From assembly GCF_000169175.1 (NCBI RefSeq), contig NZ_AAWS01000006.1:71192-135191 (forward strand): a stretch of 64,000 nucleotides of DNA, given 5' to 3'. The notes beneath the pieces are model-generated. The model searched no databases and was not told the origin of the DNA. It saw only the letters and a list, made by a program, of their open reading frames with translations. This document shows positions 60,245-64,000 of this stretch, piece after piece (positions within the stretch are counted from its first letter, which is position 1; every line of letters starts with the position of its first letter). A program made the position numbers and the translations under genes. Source of the DNA: Microscilla marina ATCC 23134 (lineage in GTDB: Bacteria > Bacteroidota > Bacteroidia > Cytophagales > Microscillaceae).

Positions 60245-62185
60245 TCAAAACTGAATATTACACTTAGGTAGCCATTTCTTTATTTTTTCTTTTTCAGTTG
60301 CTGATATAGGGTTTTTTCTTAAGTTTAAATCTTTCAGATTTTTCAGCTGTCCAATATGCTCAGGTAAACTCTTTAAATTATTATATGAGAGGTTCAGTTG
60401 CTTTAATTTTTTGAGTTTTCCAATGCTTTGAGGTAATGTAGTAAGTTTATTAGAACTTAAATCTAACCGGAGTATGCTTTCAAGTTGTCCAATATTTTGA
60501 GTTAGTACAGTTAATTTATTATTCCCCAATATTAAAGCTTGCAAGTTTTTGAGTTTTCCAATGCTCTCAGGCACAATAGAGATTTGGTTATATAATAAAT
60601 TCAATTTTTTCAAGTTTTTAAGTTTCTGAATACTTGTAGGTAAAGTATCCAAGCGATTGACTAATAAATATAATTCTTCCAGGCTTGTAATTTGTGTAAT
60701 ACTTGCAAATGATTTAGGTGTCTGATTAGCAGTTGCTAAATATAATTTTTTCAAGTTTTTGAGTTTTCCAATGCTGTTAGGCAAAGTTACAAGTGGGTTA
60801 GCACCTATATTCAATTCTTCTAATTTTTTCAACTGCCCCAAGCTTTCAGGTAAAGTAGAGAGCCTATTTCTTCTTAAATCCAGATATTGTAATTCCTGAA
60901 GCTGTCCTATGCTTTCTGGTAACCTATCCAATTTATTACGAACCAACGTCAGGTATTGTAATTCAGGAAGTTGCCCTATATTTTCTGGTAATGTGGTTAG
61001 GTTATTACTTGCTAAATATAATTTTTTTAAAGATTTTAACTGACCTAATATAGTCAGCATAGTTTGAAAATAATTTCCTTCTAAATTTAGTTCTTCCAGC
61101 TTCTTGAGTTGTCCAAAACTCTTGGGTAACCTGGTTAATTTATTTGAACTTAGACTTAACCAACGTAAGCTTTTAAGTCGTCCAATACTGTTAGGTAAAG
61201 TTGTAAGCCGATTTCTCCTTAAATTTAATACTTTCAACTGTTTAAGTTTGCCAATATCATCTAATAAACTAGTCAATGTATTGACTTCTAAAAAAAGCTG
61301 CTGCAAGTTTTTAAGTTGCCCTATGCTTGTAGGTAAGGTTGTTAGCTGGTTTGCTCCTAAATCTAGTTTTTTCAAGCTTTTGAGTTGCCCTATGCTTATA
61401 GGTAAAATTGTTAGCTGATTTCCTTGTAAATCTAGTTTTTCCAGGCTTTTGAGCTGCCCTATGCTTGTAGGTAATTTGGTAAGATAATTCTCTCTTAGAT
61501 TTAATATTGTTAGATTTTTGAGTTGTCCAATATTATTAGGCAAAGCTACCAAGCCACTACTTTTTAAGTTTAATACTTTCAAGTTGTGAAGTTGTGAAAA
61601 GTTTTCTGGTAAAGTAGTTAGCAGATGGTCGTTCATATGTAATATTCTCAAGCTTTCTGGTAATTGGATATTGGCAGGCAAGATAATTCGTGAACTTCCA
61701 TTTAAGTTTAATACCTTCAGTTTTTTAAGCTGTGTAATATTTTCAGGTAATTTCTTTAAGCTAAGATTAGATGTTAAGTTCAACTTTTGCAAATTTTTGA
61801 GCTGTTCTATATTATCAGGTAATTTCTTTAAGCTAAGATTATCTGTTAAATTCAACTCTTCTAAATTTTGAAGCTTTGTAACACTCGCAGGCAAAGTTGT
61901 GAATTTATTACGTGTTAAATTCAACTCTTCTAAATTTTGAAGTTTCGCAAAACTCGCAGGCAAAGTTGTGAGTTGATTATATTCTAAGTTTAATTTTTTT
62001 AAATTTTTTAGCTCTCCAATATTTGCAGGCAAAGTTGTGAGTTGATTATGTTCTAAGTTTAATTTATAAACTTGTTCAGGAGTTTTCAGAGCTTCAGTCA
62101 AAGACATATAAACTTTATTTTCCTGTGCCTGAATGGTCACTGTAGTCAACAGTAAAAATAGAGTGAAATAGAGTAGTAATTTCAT
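60245..62185 (-). CDS. leucine-rich-repeat protein (646 aa), signal peptide, ~25 tandem 23-aa LRRs
   Basis: repeating L..L..L.L..N.LTTLP.SIGQLK.L..L; N-terminal MKLLLYFTLFLLLTTVTIQAQ. Confidence 0.8.
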   Translation of the reverse strand: MKLLLYFTLFLLLTTVTIQAQENKVYMSLTEALKTPEQVYKLNLEHNQLTTLPANIGELKNLKKLNLEYNQLTTLPASFAKLQNLEELNLTRNKFTTLPASVTKLQNLEELNLTDNLSLKKLPDNIEQLKNLQKLNLTSNLSLKKLPENITQLKKLKVLNLNGSSRIILPANIQLPESLRILHMNDHLLTTLPENFSQLHNLKVLNLKSSGLVALPNNIGQLKNLTILNLRENYLTKLPTSIGQLKSLEKLDLQGNQLTILPISIGQLKSLKKLDLGANQLTTLPTSIGQLKNLQQLFLEVNTLTSLLDDIGKLKQLKVLNLRRNRLTTLPNSIGRLKSLRWLSLSSNKLTRLPKSFGQLKKLEELNLEGNYFQTMLTILGQLKSLKKLYLASNNLTTLPENIGQLPELQYLTLVRNKLDRLPESIGQLQELQYLDLRRNRLSTLPESLGQLKKLEELNIGANPLVTLPNSIGKLKNLKKLYLATANQTPKSFASITQITSLEELYLLVNRLDTLPTSIQKLKNLKKLNLLYNQISIVPESIGKLKNLQALILGNNKLTVLTQNIGQLESILRLDLSSNKLTTLPQSIGKLKKLKQLNLSYNNLKSLPEHIGQLKNLKDLNLRKNPISATEKEKIKKWLPKCNIQF

Positions 62186-62339
62186 TAGATGTTTAAGATA
62201 AAAACTTTGTTAAACAAAAACCCCACAAAATCACTTCTGCAGGGTTATTAAATATCACTTTTAAAAAGCACTAACTAACAAGTTTATAAGTCAGCGCTTT
62301 ATGAACAAATTCTTTTTTGTAGAACAGAACCTGTGCCAC

Positions 62340-62480
62340 TAAAAACCGATGCCTTCTATCTACTGATTTATAAAACATTAAAGATCAATGTTTTATAAAT
62401 CGACAAGTTGCTTATAGAACAGCGTCAAACTTGCATCACCGATATACATCGGTATCTAAGGACTTGCCCCCTGTCGGGGC
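62340..62480. repeat. intergenic repeat family C copy
   Basis: core tcaccgatatacatcggtatctaaggacttg (62435-62465) and ttctatctactgatttataaaac (62354-62378) match motifs at 8414-8500. Confidence 0.4.
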
Positions 62481-62492
62481 TATAGACTAGTC

Positions 62493-64000
62493 CTACATAT
62501 TTCTACGGTACTGCCCACCTACTTCATACAAAGCATCAGACATTTGCCCCAATGAGCAAACCTTAGCGGCTTCCATCAAAGCATCAAACATATTCCCGTT
62601 TTCTATGGCAGTTTGCTGCAACTCTTTCAAACGTTGTTTACCAATTTCCTCGTTACGTTGGTGAAACGCATCGCGGGTGGTAATGGCAAACTCTTTTTCT
62701 TCGGTAGTAGAACGAATCACTTCATCAGGTACAATGGTAGGCGAACCATTTGGATCAAGGAAAGTGTTTACCCCAATCAATGGCAGTTCACCAGTATGCT
62801 TTTTCATTTCATAATGCATAGACTCTTCCTGGATCTTGGCACGTTGGTACATACGCTCCATTGCGCCCAGCACCCCACCACGCTCCGAGATAGACTTAAA
62901 CTCGGTCAGCACGGCTTGTTCTACCAAGTCAGTGAGTTCCTCAATAATAAATGCTCCTTGCAACGGATTTTCATTTTTGGCAAGTCCCAACTCGTGGTTA
63001 ATGATCAACTGAATAGCCATTGCTCGACGCACCGATTCTTCAGTAGGGGTAGTAATCGCCTCGTCGTAAGCATTGGTATGCAAAGAGTTACAGTTGTCAT
63101 AAATGGCATACAATGCCTGAAGGGTCGTACGAATATCGTTGAAACCAATCTCTTGGGCATGCAAAGAACGTCCTGAGGTTTGAATATGATACTTGAGCTT
63201 TTGTGAACGCTCGTTTCCACCATACTTGTGCTTGATGGCTTTTGCCCAGATTCTTCGAGCCACTCGCCCAATCACCGAATATTCAGGGTCAATTCCGTTT
63301 GAGAAGAAGTAAGAAAAGTTAGGGGCAAAATCATCGATATGCATTCCTCGTGAGAGGTAATATTCTACGAAAGTAAAGCCGTTAGACAAGGTAAGCGCAA
63401 GCTGGGTAATGGGGTTGGCGCCTGCCTCGGCAATATGATAACCAGAAATAGACACTGAGTAGAAGTTGCGTATCTTATGGTCAATAAAATACTGCTGAAT
63501 ATCACCCATCATACGCAAGGCAAACTCAGTAGAGAAAATACAAGTATTTTGTGCCTGATCTTCTTTGAGTATATCAGCTTGTACTGTTCCACGTACTTTC
63601 GATATAGCACTGGCTTTTATTTGCGCATATACATCAGCGGGCAATACCTGGTCGCCCGAAACCCCCAATAACATCAATCCTAAGCCATCGTTTCCTTCGG
63701 GCAAATCACCGTTGTAGCGAGGACGCTCTACACCTTTGTCGGCATAGATTTTCTCAATTTTAGCTTCTACTTCAGCTTCCAGCCCATTTTCTTTAATGTA
63801 CATTTCACATTGTTGGTCAACGGCAGCGTTCATAAAGAAACCTAACAACATAGGCGCAGGGCCATTGATGGTCATCGACACCGAAGTTTTAGGATTACAC
63901 AGGTCAAAACCAGAATATAGTTTTTTGGCATCGTCCAAAGTAGCCACACTCACCCCAGAATTACCAATCTTACCATAAATATCAGGACGGTGGTCGGGAT
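62493..64000 (-). CDS. methylmalonyl-CoA mutase family protein (catalytic N-terminal-domain type); 5' end beyond window
   Basis: ORF runs to window end; motifs [18 protein letters not shown]-terminus ...[10 protein letters not shown]. Confidence 0.8.
   Translation of the reverse strand, partial: PDHRPDIYGKIGNSGVSVATLDDAKKLYSGFDLCNPKTSVSMTINGPAPMLLGFFMNAAVDQQCEMYIKENGLEAEVEAKIEKIYADKGVERPRYNGDLPEGNDGLGLMLLGVSGDQVLPADVYAQIKASAISKVRGTVQADILKEDQAQNTCIFSTEFALRMMGDIQQYFIDHKIRNFYSVSISGYHIAEAGANPITQLALTLSNGFTFVEYYLSRGMHIDDFAPNFSYFFSNGIDPEYSVIGRVARRIWAKAIKHKYGGNERSQKLKYHIQTSGRSLHAQEIGFNDIRTTLQALYAIYDNCNSLHTNAYDEAITTPTEESVRRAMAIQLIINHELGLAKNENPLQGAFIIEELTDLVEQAVLTEFKSISERGGVLGAMERMYQRAKIQEESMHYEMKKHTGELPLIGVNTFLDPNGSPTIVPDEVIRSTTEEKEFAITTRDAFHQRNEEIGKQRLKELQQTAIENGNMFDALMEAAKVCSLGQMSDALYEVGGQYRRNM

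Noticed and set aside
60245-62185. 69-bp periodicity that could mimic a repeat array or CRISPR
   Set aside because: The periodicity is the 23-aa leucine-rich repeat of a continuous 646-aa ORF, with no spacer/repeat structure.
1-64000. tRNA, rRNA, tmRNA, RNase P, CRISPR arrays, integrase/transposase genes
   Set aside because: No tRNA T-arm (GTTCRAATC) or cloverleaf candidates, rRNA signatures, regularly spaced short repeats, or recombinase or transposase ORFs were seen by eye. The dispersed repeats appear non-autonomous.

Overview
The window looks like a low-GC Bacteroidetes chromosome segment, probably Cytophagia-like. Supporting signals are a T9SS C-terminal sorting domain, a GldE-like CNNM protein, WG-repeat and LRR proteins, and Bacteroidetes-type hybrid two-component sensors with an AraC output. 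All calls come from reading the sequence and the supplied ORF translations; no database searches were run.

The left 27 kb is mostly conserved housekeeping. It holds a truncated FtsX-like permease that is missing from the ORF track, a cyclophilin, a Glu/Leu/Phe/Val-family dehydrogenase, coaX, an LptC-like protein, a GldE-like CNNM/CBS protein, a PpiD-like PPIase, sufS, trxA, a beta-CASP MBL RNase, an MscS-cNMP channel, an AsmA-family giant protein, msrB, a sterol-desaturase-family enzyme and deoC.

The right part (27-64 kb) looks accessory. It has many hypothetical and secreted proteins and a YdeP/FdhF-type molybdopterin oxidoreductase. A TPR-LuxR regulator lies next to an unannotated 53-aa peptide with a double-glycine leader. 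Other genes here are an M1 aminopeptidase, a CbpA-like DnaJ, a 646-aa LRR protein, and a methylmalonyl-CoA-mutase-type gene running off the window end. Two paralogous ~1350-aa hybrid sensor kinase / response regulator / AraC genes are each followed by small Cys-rich paralogous lipoproteins.

The most striking non-genic signals are three families of dispersed intergenic repeats. One is a ~166-bp MITE-like element with terminal inverted repeats, present as two ~99% identical inverted copies 34.8 kb apart; each copy sits just upstream of a membrane or secreted-protein gene and carries an A9-hairpin-T8 terminator module. The second is a hairpin-rich MITE-like element of ~196/293 bp with AGGAACATG termini. 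The third is a looser family built on a near-palindromic core. A short orphan copy of the mutase gene's last codons lies downstream of the LRR gene and marks that gene as an inserted or replaced cassette.

No tRNA, rRNA or CRISPR array was recognised.
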